Source: Convolutriloba macropyga (taxonomy: Eukaryota). From it: 64,000 nt of DNA. Of the stretch, positions 1-12,549 are shown piece after piece; position 1 is the stretch's first letter, and every line of letters begins with the position of its first letter. The notes under the pieces are model-generated. The model saw only the letters and a program-made list of their open reading frames with translations, did not search any database and was not told the DNA's origin. The DNA lies in the NCBI RefSeq assembly GCF_964194025.1, contig NC_134475.1:372001-436000 (forward strand), read 5' to 3'. The translations under genes were made by a program, and so were the position numbers.

Positions 1-2004
1 TCGACGGAGATTTTTGGATAGATTTACGCTAAATTTCTTTAAAATGTTTAAACCCACTTTCTTTAAATTTGCCAGAAGTAGATACCTTAAAACTGCAATC
101 ATATTCTGTGTAAGCTCAAAAAGAGAGCTAGTTTTACTCCCACTGGCTTTAAGAGTACAAACGGAAAAAACGGCTTTAAGGGGGCACAAACGAAAAAGAT
201 CGTGATTTTATCGTGACGACTGGGACAAATCCCTGCAGAATAGCGAATCCAAAACAACAACAATACCGACAACAATTGGCAATTAACGCCTTCGAAATAC
301 TAACGTTTGTTAGATTGGGCAAAGATCGGAACAGACCCTATATTTCATTGGGAGCTGCAATTAACGGTAGCTTCAATTTTGTTAACTAAAACTTCAGAAC
401 ATTAATGCTTTTGAGATGCTTCGAGATTTTGTTTGTAATGCGAGATCTCATTAATTCCTCCTGATATGCACACCTATCGATTTCAGCAGTTTCCCTTAAA
501 AAGTGATTCAATGGTTCAAATCATAAAGATGACCGATCATTGACTGACTATTGATAGGTTCTCAGCACAGAAAATCAATACCAACCATTAATCGCAACTT
601 GAGGTCTTTCCTGAGTGTTCACAGTCACATCATTATCAGCAACAAGTGGAACTTTCTGAGGAAGCTGGAAATCCTGAAAAACAATTATAATATAAAAACA
701 CATAAAATTTCTGTTCAATTTGATTCCCAACCCTAAGTATAGCAGCCTCAATTGGTAATTATCATAGAAGGGCTGGAGAAAAGAGAAAGAGTTAATATTT
801 TCAGAATAAAAAATTATATTTTGGCTCACAACTTTCTTGATAACTAACAGATAACCAAAGCTATTTGCTGTTTATAGAACAAATCGATGTTTTTGTTTTT
901 CAAATGGAAATTGTCTCCATCATGGTACCAATTTACTTTTCCGCATATGCAGGCTAAAATTATAGAAGGCTAATATAATCCATAAAACTTGATTTCATCA
1001 AAAAAAACTCCGCCTCAAGTTTGCATAAATCTACGAACTTACAGAAGCCTGAGGCGACTTAATTCCGTGTGATCTTCTTGCTTGAGCTAATTTTGCCTTC
1101 TGAGCCTGGATGAACTCCTCCAAGTCATCGGCCATTCAGGCCAAAAGTAAGAGAAGGGGATGTATCAGTAATACGATCTAATTCTTAGAATAACGATAAA
1201 ATTTGATTTTAAATCTTGAGTCATCTTTTAATTCGTATCATGGCGGTAATGTTGAAATACACAATCTCACAAACTGAAAACATCTTAAAAAATTTTATAT
1301 AAAAAAATTTATAAAAATGAAAAGATATCAGGAACTTTACTGCATAGAACTGTTTAGACACGGCTTGAAACATGATCCAAAATTATTAGGAATTGAATTT
1401 GAACAAAATCCTAGATCTAAAAACTTTCGAAATTGAAGACAATAGAACGAAACATAACATGAACAAAGGAAAAAGGTAGTTTTATTTGTATTGAAGTAAC
1501 TTAACTGCACAATAATTGTTGTATGGAAAGTTGTTGCCAATGGAAGGAAAACCTGAAACCTGTTCAAAAATTCTATAAACTCTTGAACAATTAAATTTAA
1601 TGTTTGTTTTTGATTGCTGTGTATAATTTTCGAAAATTTCTCAGTGTGATCTGATGGTTAATTCAATCTTCTTCCTGTAATTTTAGCACAGTCAGCTAGA
1701 ATATGATGTCTCACAAGCACCAGGCCTACAGGGCAACAGTGAATTCACCGTAACTTTTTGTAATACTGTGATGAAAATGAAATGCCCTTGGGCGATTTGT
1801 TGTTTTTTTTAATGAAATGATGAGTTATCACCACTATCTAACTGAACTCATTCAGGGGGTAATTTTATTTTCGTGAATCTCAAAAATCGTTTGATTTAAT
1901 TTTCATCATTTTGCTGCGTATAATTGATACTTTTTAAAGCTTTTTCTTGAGACTAAAACAAAAATATTCAAAAATCCTAGTTTGTGCCAGCGGTAAACAA
2001 ATTG

Positions 2005-2183
2005 AAATTTAGGATCTATTCTGTTTTGTCCCCCCCCCCCCCCCCAGCTTAGTGGGCTTATATTTTTTACGCCCCCAGGCGCACGTGCTATTTTAACATA
2101 GTAATGTGCTATATAACAACAAAATTTGTAACTGTTGCGTGTAAAAAACACTGGGGGGGCGAAACAGATTAGATCCGAAATTT
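2005..2183. repeat. Small palindromic MITE-like element
   Basis: AAATTTAGGATCTATTCTGTTTTGTC(C)nCAG at 2005-2047 is an imperfect inverted repeat of CTGGGGGGGCGAAACAGATTAGATCCGAAATTT at 2151-2183. Confidence 0.55.
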
Positions 2184-2698
2184 AGCACAATTTAGCATTT
2201 GCAGAGTTGTATATTTTGAGCTGTGTTTTTGAGCGAGTTATCTAGAGTTAGTACCATTTAACTAGTTAATATTTTAAAGCCAAATATTGCGTATAACACA
2301 AAGTTTAGTAAGCTTGGATAACTCGAGAATTTGAATTGTCTAAACTAAGTAAGGACGTCTTCTACCATCATAACAAATAATTTCTTGAGATACAGTGATG
2401 CTTTCAAGTGTGAGAAGAGTTTCGAAGAGCAATATTTGAAGCTTAGATGACCGGGATCTTCACTAATCACCCTCTTAACAAATCTTTTCACCAAAAATTT
2501 TTATACCCAAAAACTCAATTAAAAAAATTGAAAATTAAAAATAACCGAAATTTTTTTAAAAACCAATAAACCGAAAATTTTAGTGGGTGTTTTAAATATT
2601 TTTTAATCTCTTTTAATACTCGCCTTTAACCTTATCATATCGGCCATGTGATGGTTTAGTAGGGAAGTCTGAGGTTGTCATAGCATTCTTTATTCTAG

Positions 2699-4755
2699 AT
2701 TTTAATGAATTATATGAGTATGGATCCTTTTGGATCAGTGTATTTGCAGTTTTGGCGACGTTGTACATTTGCACTTATTCCACCGATTGCACAGAAGTTG
2801 GATAATGTGACTTTGCTCAATGAAAATAGCTTAAAAAGTGAAAAATGGAAAAAAATTTACCTCTCGAACCTGGCTGCTTTTGTCAAATTTTGTTCTTATC
2901 AGTTCAGTCCGGATTTTGTTAAGGCTCGTGCGAATCAGTCAAGAATTTTAACCCTCAAGGAAGATATTGAATCCGGTTGTGTATTTGAAGTTCCAGAAGA
3001 TACATTATATCTTACCCACATCTTCAAATTGTTGATTATCGGGATGTTGCATTTTGATCAAGAGGTTCGACTTGGCACTTTATCAGCTATAAATATTCTA
3101 ATGAAACATTCAGAAGTTAGTAATAATGATAAAAACAATATTTGTTTGTCGTTTATAAAATCATCTGCGTATATTTACGTTTCACGGAGTATCGACCTTT
3201 GTTGTTCTCCGTTTTCATTTGAAGGAGAAGTAGTTGAGGCGCTGCGGTCGCTCACGTGTTCGCTCTCTTGTTTACCGTCTGTCAGAGATAGCACTTTTCA
3301 ATGTATCGTCCTTTCAACCCTTTCATCAACTGTTCGCGAAGTTGTTGAACGGGCGTTAAGTGATGCAGCTGAAATCCAAAAACGCAGAAAAATAATTGAC
3401 TTGGCTTTAGGACTGGGAACCAATGAAATTGCCAAATCGTTTCGAATGTACTCGCAGTTTTCATTGTATCAAAAGTCAAAAACAGAAATGCTAGACGTGT
3501 ATCATTACCCGGCAGGTTTATTGAGTATAAGTTGCGCGATAGTTATCAAGCATTTATTGGAAATTGATCCCCATTTTGTAGTGAAATATGGCGCACTTTC
3601 AGTGTTAATATCATATATTTTGTCATCCTCGCGTCACCATTTAGCGCATCAGTTGTTGATGTCAATCATTTGCATTTCAAATTCTTCGTCCGCCAAACGT
3701 GAAATTTTCAGCAATATTTTTCGACCTCTTTTGGAAATATTTACTTACACGTCTTCTGACTTCGAATGGGCAAGAAGTGGGAAAGCAGAGTACGCACAAA
3801 AATTGAACCAATCGGCCGATTTGCTAGAAACTCTTTTTGCGTCATGGACTGGGTTTATTTCTGCTGTTTCGTACAGTTCGCAACCAACACGTTTTTATAA
3901 ATCTGGGTTACATTTTTTAGTCAAAGTACTTCAATACGGTGACATTCTTTGTCGTTTAAAAATTTTGCAACTTTTTTCATCCCTTCTCGCTATCGAGACT
4001 CCCAACATAAATATGAGTTCATACCAGAACTTAGAAAATCCAGATGCTCAATCGGACATTGGTTTGGAGTCTTTAAACCTGAATTACGTGTTCAATTCGG
4101 CAACCTGTTCTCGGTTTATCGATTTGAGATCAAATTTCAGAACTTTCGTTTTCAACGCGTTAGCAGAAGTGGGTTTAATAAAAGTACTGAAAGACATACA
4201 AAACAAATTCGGCAACTCGTCACAAGGAGATGAAGAGCAAAATCACAGTTCTGCTATTAACATCCAGCTAGTGGCTGCTGCTTCGAGACTGCTGAGCGAA
4301 TTGTGTCTTATTTTTATGCCAATTTTTCCAGAACATTTTTCGAAATATTTCAACATACTTTTACCTACAGCCGTTACTGACAATGAAAAGATGCGCACGA
4401 AATCTTATGTCAAAGATTTGGGCAGTTTCTTTAGCGATGTAGCAAAACATAACTGTCTATCGGGTCTAAATTTGGACAGATTAAATTGGAGAAATAATGT
4501 CCGGGCATCCTCAACACGGCACAGTCAACTCGCGTCCTCTGTAACGTTTGGCAACTATGACGGAACGCGGTTGTCCACTTTTGTTGTGGACCATTTGAGA
4601 TGCCTTTATAACCCCTCAAGGTCGAGGATTCCGAAAAGCAACGTCAATTTTGGAGTGCACCTGAATCAACTCTTGTTTGAGAGCCGAGTTGTATGCCAGA
4701 GCATTAGTTATAATGTGAAGCAGACGCGATTCGAGCGTAAATACAATCTGGCAAT
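2699..4755 (+). CDS. RICTOR: RICTOR large 5' exon (N-terminal ARM/HEAT region); donor position uncertain
   Basis: 702-aa ORF at 2705-4813. Acceptor ttattctAG at 2697-2698 is in frame. Helical-repeat character, LFASWTGFI resembles the Rictor RSWxG motif, and LFESRV leads into the WNW motif of the next exon. A phase-2 donor is required; AT|GTTAGA at 4755/4756 is one candidate. Confidence 0.65.
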
Positions 4756-5729
4756 GTTAGAATTCGTTACTAGCCGTTGTCCATCCGTATTCAACCGATT
4801 GGCCGTTTCTTAGTAGTCACGGAATTATTCTCAATCATTTCGAATCTTTTCGTAATCTGTTATTAGGGTATTATTTTGATCTTTGAAAGAGATAAAGTAT
4901 GGTAGTTTCCCTTCATAATTTTGGTTTCAAGAATCTTGTGCCAGAGACACGTGCAATAAAAAAAACAAGGCATAAAGTTGATTTCTTTCTAAAAAAGAAA
5001 GGCTGAGAAAGTGGATCACTTTTTCACTATAGTTAAACATAATTTGTAATGAAAATCTCGAAAAATGTGTTAGCTGTTGCCGAGGAACAACAGTTGGCAA
5101 AGGGTATCCCAGACATCGTGCCAAAAGGAACTATTAAGGCAGGTTTTTGCAAGTACCACCAACACTGGAGTCAGTGAAGTAAACTGATTATCTAGATTCT
5201 ATGGACACAATCACAATTAACTGAAGGCAGAAAATCCGCTCTGTTGTTTTTCTGGTGATCTCTTATTTCATATAATTATTCAACTAGCTTCAATTCGGCT
5301 CTTTTCAATTGGAAAAACTATCATCCCGTTTCTGCCCACATCTTTGCGCCGTAGAGGTAAAGCCCACGCTTTTCGGTTATCAAATTGCTCTTATGTTCGG
5401 CTCGCTCATTTTGCGAGTCGGGATTTGAAATTTTTGAATGTAATTATCCCCTCTCATTACGTGACAATGCTTGAATTTATTTCTCTGCTCTCAGAAAATG
5501 TTTTCTCCGGGACCATAGTGACTGTTTCTAGTCCCTGCTGTGTTCAACCAAGCACTTCTAAAGCCTGTTGCACAAAAACTATCCTTTCTGGGAGCAATTG
5601 AATTGATAATAGCAAAAGTTGCGCTCTGTTGCTGCATTAAGAGCAGAACCAGCCTTAATTGTCATACATACAGTGAAGTTTGATTGTATTGAAGAAGTTA
5701 CAGTAACATAGGGAGCAGCAAGTTTACCA

Positions 5730-7610
5730 CGAGGGTATAAAATTTCCCCAGGAATTTGATTGTAATATATGTTAATGACTTGCCCAAAACTTGCAAAGAC
5801 GTAAAATTTATTTTATTTGCTGATGATACTAACATTTAAGATGTTGGTTTGTGTTTTGAAAACATAAGCCTTGATTTAGAAAAAAAATTAATAATTGGCT
5901 AGAGTCAAATGGACTTGTTCTGAATTTAATCAAAACTATTCAATTGAATATGAAATCTTGTGTCCAAAACACGATCTTTTATCTAAACGAAGAGTGGATC
6001 AAAATGGAATCTAACTGCAGATAGACAGAAGTATTTCGGACTCTAAACTAGCTTAACGAATCCACAGTTCACCAATACCAGTAAAGTCAAAAATCAAATT
6101 TGTAGGTGTTACATTCGACAGGATGCTCAATTTCGGATAACATGTAAGAAGCTCCAAAGAAAAATTACAAAAACGCAATAACATACTGAAAAAGATTGCT
6201 GGTAGCGACTGGGGATGCACAAAAGAGACACACTCAGTGACTTGCAAAGCTATCGGTCAAAGCGTCCTGCCTACGGTGCTCCCATTTGGGCTTCCACAAT
6301 TAGCATTATAAACTGGAACCATCTGCAACTGCAACAAAATATTGCTCTTCGCACAATTACTGGCTATTTAAAAATGTCTGACATCAATGACTCACACAAT
6401 CGGGTTGAAATGCTGCCTGTCAACGCTCACACTGAAATGTTAGCAGAGCAATTCCTAGCTGGAAGGTAGCAGAGCCACCGTGCTGATCACGAAACAACCT
6501 CTTCAACCAGTCTTCGTCCCATGAGACCGACACTACATGATACTTATAGTAGGGACCTTGTGAAGCAACACAAACAATAAAGAGCAATTAAATCGCAAAG
6601 AATACCAAATTGCGCTCAAAAGTATCCAACGACACACGGTCGATACTCAGTTGAACAAAGACAGCAAGCAAATAGGTACACCTCCCACAAAGATAGCAGA
6701 AGAACAAACGTTGCCACGATTTGCACGTATCCGATTAGCATAACAGAACGGCATGCTGTCCCCTGCTAAACTCTTACTTGAGTAGGATCTGTAATAATGT
6801 TGATAACCGCTGTTCCAAATGTGATGTAGCGCCCAATGACGTAAACCACATTTTGAACTGCAGTAAGAGTACAACGAACCTGAAACTAATTGACCTGTGG
6901 GAAAGACCAGTAGAGGTAGCCAAATGGCTGGACTTAATCCCATCAGTCCTACACGACCGCACTGCACAGAATATTCCTCCTTCCTTGCCCTTTTACCCTG
7001 ATTTTGACGATGCCCCTCCTGGTCCCCCTAACTCAGAGACCGCGTGTCATTCATCAAGGCTGAAAGGTCGCCGCACCGCATGCAAGTTGTGGATAGGCAG
7101 TCACACAATACTACTAATACACCTACTGTTATTATGATACAAATGCAAACTAGGGTATCTGTTAAAAACGGTAACAAGCGCCTGTATCCCGCCAAAATTA
7201 CCAGCGAATTGCTGCTCTGCGACAGCTACAATAACAACAACTAAAAAGAATATGGTGTTTTTTTGAATTTAAGGAATTGTGTCACGAGAAGTAAATTAAG
7301 TGATTACTATAGAACAAAAATTTGTGCATTTATCTGTTACTGCTTTTTTGTATATGTATGGTGCAGTCATTTATCTTCAAAAGCTATTTTTGTTCATTAA
7401 AAAATATAAAACTATTACACTTCCGCAAAACAGGAACACATGTATCGATCTGTTTATCGAAGACTCGATTCTTTTGGTATATGAACTTCATATGTATGAG
7501 CTAGTAAAATTTGTTTTGAAATCAATAAACAGCCTTACAAAGTTTTTGCTCGAGCAATTTTGCAAAACTAAAATTGAGAGAAGCTCATTAGATTTCGTGG
7601 ACCAAAACTG
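5730..7610 (+). mobile_element. Degraded CR1/L2-like LINE RT fragment interrupted by a second LINE
   Basis: 5760-5940 reads IYVNDLPK...ILFADDTNI*...NNWLESNGLVLN (RT core, with stops and frameshifts). Degraded C-terminal LINE-like sequence resumes after about 7243. Confidence 0.6.
6046..7242 (+). mobile_element. 5'-truncated non-LTR retrotransposon (I/RTEX-like) with (ACA)n tail
   Basis: KFVGVTFDRMLNF..HV...LKKIAGSDWGCTKETL..YGAPIW...LQQNIALRTITG and a C-terminal CxxC..HIL.C zinc knuckle (6810-6860). Ends in ACAATAACAACAACT. Confidence 0.75.
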
Positions 7611-10600
7611 TACGATAAATGGAGACTACTTGGCGTTGTTACGTCTGAAGTTGAATATGCTGACCGAGCAAATAAGACTAATATTTGCCGTAAATTGAAA
7701 GAATCCTATCTAATCGAGAATTTTGAATTGATAATTTTTATATTCGGTGACTAAAAATCTAATATGGCAGATAATTCCAAGTTTTTTGTCTTTTCTTTTG
7801 AACTATGATTGTTGTGTATTTTTTTTGTACCTTAAATAGGATAATTTGCAAATGAAATCTTGATGCTTCCTTCGCTTATCCCCGCTTTTGATTGGTTCTT
7901 TATTAAAAAGCGAAATAATTTTTTTCTTAAATCTTCAAAGGAAGACAATAGTAAAATTGAAATAGCATTTTTTTTCAAAAAAAATTGAAATGGCAATTTC
8001 TGGTACTTGTACGAGGATCAACTCACAGTCTTTGTACAAGAATCATTTTTGGTTTTATTTTATTTCTAGCTTGTTTGTGAATAAGACCATTAGTTGACTT
8101 CGGAAAAATTCAAAACCATTTTCACGGGTTCTGGCAAAGTAGCATTTAAGAACTTGCAATTGCAAAAAATTTTTTAGTTTTCACGTTTTTCCCAAATCTT
8201 TCATACCCGTTAAGACCAATATGATCATTAATTGACTAATATGAATGTATTCTAATGTGAACGAAAATATCAGAAATTTTGGAATATGGACTAATAATAC
8301 TATAATTTCCTATTTTTTGAAAATTTGTACCGAATCTCTTAATATTTGTCAGGCTTTTTAATGTTCAATTTATATTCAAAGGGGTTGCCTGCTTGAATTA
8401 TAGGTTGTGGAAATGTTGTTTTTATTCAGGAAATTATCTAAAAATTTAGTTCTCTAACAGACCGAAAGCGATTGGACGCGTTATTGTTTCAAAATTTACC
8501 CCCGTGAAGCAGTCCATTGTTGTTTAATGTTTCATAGTTTTCATATCTGTTTTCAACTGTTTCTGCTTTGGTGTTCTCAGGCACGATTTGAAAGCACTGG
8601 CGTCAAAGACAAATCTAATAATATTTTTTTAAAGTCAAGCCTGATTTGTTTAGTTTTTCAATAATTGTGCATCTTTATAAACTTAATTAAAAAATTAAGA
8701 ATTAAATATATTCAAATTTTTTTTCATCAAATTTAAATTTTAAATCAAACAAGATTGCTCGTGCGAGTCTGTGCTTAGCACACTATGTTCCAACATACCT
8801 CTCAAGTTTGCAAAAATGACCATTAATTTCTGTTTGAGAAACCGTTCAAAAGCAAATTAAATGCATTGGAAAAAAATTACTTCTATTGTTTGAACAAAAA
8901 AATGTGCTTTTTTTCGGCAGACAAAATCGAAGACTCTCTAGCGCATTCTAGAAAGACAAGTTTGGTACAATTTCGAAGACACGGACACAGATAAGCCCCA
9001 CTAACACACTACACATATTACACACACACACATAGAAACCAAAGAACAACTTTAAAAAATTTTTTTTCTTTGGCGATTCATCTTTATTCAAGATTCGTCA
9101 CTTTTCATTTACGTCTTCCTGGCGTTTTCTATTTAACTACCTCTGGGCTTTTTGAGCTGATGATATCGGTAATTGTAATTTGGCACCCAAACTTTGCTAT
9201 GAACTTTTCAAAACTTTTCAAAAAATTTGGTCATGTTTGATGTTTCATGAGCATAATGAAACGATCTGATTTTTTAAGATCTCACAGATGTGTTAACAGC
9301 GAGATATGAAAAACTTGTTTTTGAATTTTGGTCTTATTTATATTTGAACTTGCAATTTATAAGATATTTTATGAAGTTTTTTTATGATTTCTGACAGTTT
9401 TTCCAATCTGCCTCTATTGGTGTGCAACATTTAAGTGAACTTAATCTCTCTCTAAGTCTCTCTCCCTATCCTTCTCACATACACTCATTACACATACACA
9501 CGCACTCAGATACGCAGATGCATACACTCAAACTTGCGCAAGGCACGCACACACAAAGACAAACCACGACACCAAAAAATTTTTTTTTGTAGAAATTTAG
9601 GTGTGGACTTCCTGAGGCAATTGTAATATTGACAAAAAATCTAAACTCATTTTTGATTTTTTTCCAAAATTTCTTCATTTCTGATGTTTCATCAGCATAA
9701 TTGGCCAAATTGTTATTAAAATTGTGCAGCGGCGTTATCAACCTGTTTCAGGAAACAAATTTTTGTTCTAAAGATACTTAAAAAGGCCATTTGTATTAAA
9801 TATAAAGTAATTTTTTTCCAAATTTTTAAACATTTCTGACAGTGTTTGCACTCTGTCTCTACTTGTGTCAAACATTTGAGGTAACGTTTAAGGCTTTCCT
9901 TGAGGGCTATTAATTTGTAGCATTAAGGAAATTTAGTTATCAGTAAATTATTTCACGCCTCTGTGTTTTCACACTTCGGAGCATTTTCAAAGAACCAGAG
10001 AATTTGAATAGTTGTTATGTGAGTTGAAAAAGATGAGAAAGTTTTTTGTCTTTCAAAAAACTTTCTCCGTTTATTTTTTTATGACGACGTTCACAATCAG
10101 TAAACTTTTTAGTTTTATTTTACCAAACGGCCCAAAACTTGCCACAGACTGGAAAAGATAAGTTTGCAGAGCAATTCCAAGACGCAGAGAACTGAAAAAT
10201 ACATTTCTAATTTTCTAAACAAAAATTATAAGCATTTGTATTATTTTTTTGGCCTGGCGATCCATAATCTCGCCAACTCTCAATTTTTTCGAAGATGTTA
10301 GAGGAGGTTAGTTTGAACGATTTTCTCCGACAGTTTAACGTATACAGATAAAAAAATCAATCCATCTTTTCGATAAATAATTTAGTTGATTTGGTGATGA
10401 TTCCATGAACCCGGCTTTTGTTTTACCTCTTGGCGGTTTTCAGCTGCTAAAATGGTTAGATCTGATGAAATAAGAAGTATATTTTGCTAAATCAGCGCTA
10501 GAATTTAGAGAAAAAAGTACATTTTTTTTCTTTTTAGTTTTTCATTTTCGAAGTTTATTTTTGCTGTTTTGGGAGCCCTCAATTGCCTGAAATCTTCAAT

Positions 10601-11787
10601 TTTCCAGCAAATCGTTTCGATACAGAGAATCATTGTTTCCTGCAATCGTTTTACTCAGCAGAAAACAGAGAGACGGATAAATAAATACACAAAATTTTGA
10701 GAAAAAAAAACAGAACATTTGATTTTTTCCCGAAATTTTAGATCAAATAGTTAAAATTCTTAATGGCTTGAAAGTATTAAGATTTTCTCGAGACAATCAC
10801 AACTCCATTTCATCTACCTAAGTTTACAACAAATTCTTCAACATTTTTTTTTTAATTTTAATAAATTTTTTGATCTTGGTTTGACATTTTTAAAGTTTAT
10901 TTTTGCTATTTTAGGAGCCCTAAATTTCGTGGCGTCTTCTTTTTCCTAAAAATCTGTTTGATATAGAAAAGAATTTTTTACAATAACTTTTAATCAGCAG
11001 AAAACGGAGACACTGAAAATAAAATTTTTCAGCGAAATTTTGAGCAAATTTTTTTTTCTTTTTTTTGTCAAATAGTTAAAATCATTTTGTTAGGCTTCAA
11101 TTTGTAAAGAATTAATCGTGACAATCAGAACTCAATTCAACCTAAGTAAATTTGCTGCAAATTTTTTAAATTGTTTTTATATAACTCAATTTCAACGCGA
11201 TCTGCCACCCCCAGCCCTGGAGCGATGTTTTTTTCTTTTCCCATTTTTCTTTTAATATTTTAAATTCTCCCCTTTTCAAATTTTTATTATTTTTTATATT
11301 AAACAAAACTAGGTCTTGAGGGCAACAAAATCGTGTTTTCCTTTATTTTCTCTGCGATGCGTAAACAAAAAATGAAATATTGACTAAAGAAGCCAGCCTC
11401 GCATATTTATTCCCAAGTTAAATTTTTTTATAGTCCAAGTTAAAAGAAAACAAGTTAAATTTTTTTTATTGTCCAAAGTAGGAAAGCAAACTGTTTAAGT
11501 TGTCAATTGCCCACAAATTTTGTTTATACTGACTCGGTAGAAAGAGGGTATAAAATCAAACCAATTTAAGAACTTCCAGAATGACGGTCCGGAAAATAAC
11601 CACAGCGAAATTAACCTTAAGATAATGCCTCCTCGGCTTTTTTTTGATGTTCACTTTTAAACTGAAAAAATCAACATTGTGAATTCAAACATCAATGTAA
11701 AGACATTTTCTAGTTGAAGCATAAAAACCCTCTTAAACTATTCTTGTGATGGGAAAATGGACAACGGTTACTTCCAATGGCCTTCAG

Positions 11788-12549
11788 TGTTCAAACGTGG
11801 AATTGGCCAATAATTTGCTGCATTTTAAATCATCTCAATTCGAACGAGAGTAGCCTAAAAGACTGCGACTTCAACTCGACCAATATCTTTAATTTCATCC
11901 GATATCTTGTCATTTATTTCAAGCCATCTGCAAACTTTTTCAGTCAGGAGACGTTTTCCGAGTTCGACAAAGAAAATGAAAAACGTCATAAACAAATCGG
12001 ATATCGACACACTCTCCATTCCAAAGTTGAGGCCGGAAAACTGCTGTTTCAATTTTTAGCTGCAAACTACGGAACAGACACTGTAAACCTCAGCCGAGGT
12101 GGCAGCCAAATAATTGAACTTGACGAACTGTCTCTAAGAGGAAGCGCGCAGGCTAGGAATAGTTTTTTTCTATCAGAAGTTAAAACTGGTCAAATGGCAG
12201 CTCAAGCGGAAATTCTGTTCAAAGACGTGGCTGATCAAATAGAAAGCGCTACGTCCCCATTAGCGCCGTCAACGGCTGCCGCGACGTTTCTTTCTGCATT
12301 TTCATCTGAAAATTTAGAAGATTCGTTTAGTCAATTGTATTTTATTTTCATTGGGAATTTGTCGACATATTGCAGACGCTCTGTTTTGGAAGATTTTAAT
12401 ATACTAGACAACTTCATTACCCTTTTGTTAACCGGTGATAATGAGATGTTGTGTAAATTGATCATTGCGTGTATGCCATATAGCGGACATTTGGGTGGAT
12501 CGGAATGTTCCCAGCTGTTGGAAGTTGTTACTATGACGTCAGAATCAAG
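11788..12549 (+). CDS. RICTOR: RICTOR exon (Rictor_M region), copy 1
   Basis: VQTWNWPIICCIL and FIRYLVIYFKPSANFFS resemble Rictor WNWxxI and FxRRLxxFYKPS. Acceptor ccttcAG ends at 11787, donor AAG|GTACTA. 762 nt, phase 2-2. Confidence 0.85.

Noticed and set aside
9475-9741. 88-aa Cys/Val-rich ORF present twice (also 14344-14610)
   Set aside because: Arises from CA-rich repeat sequence inside the tandem duplication. No coding signal.
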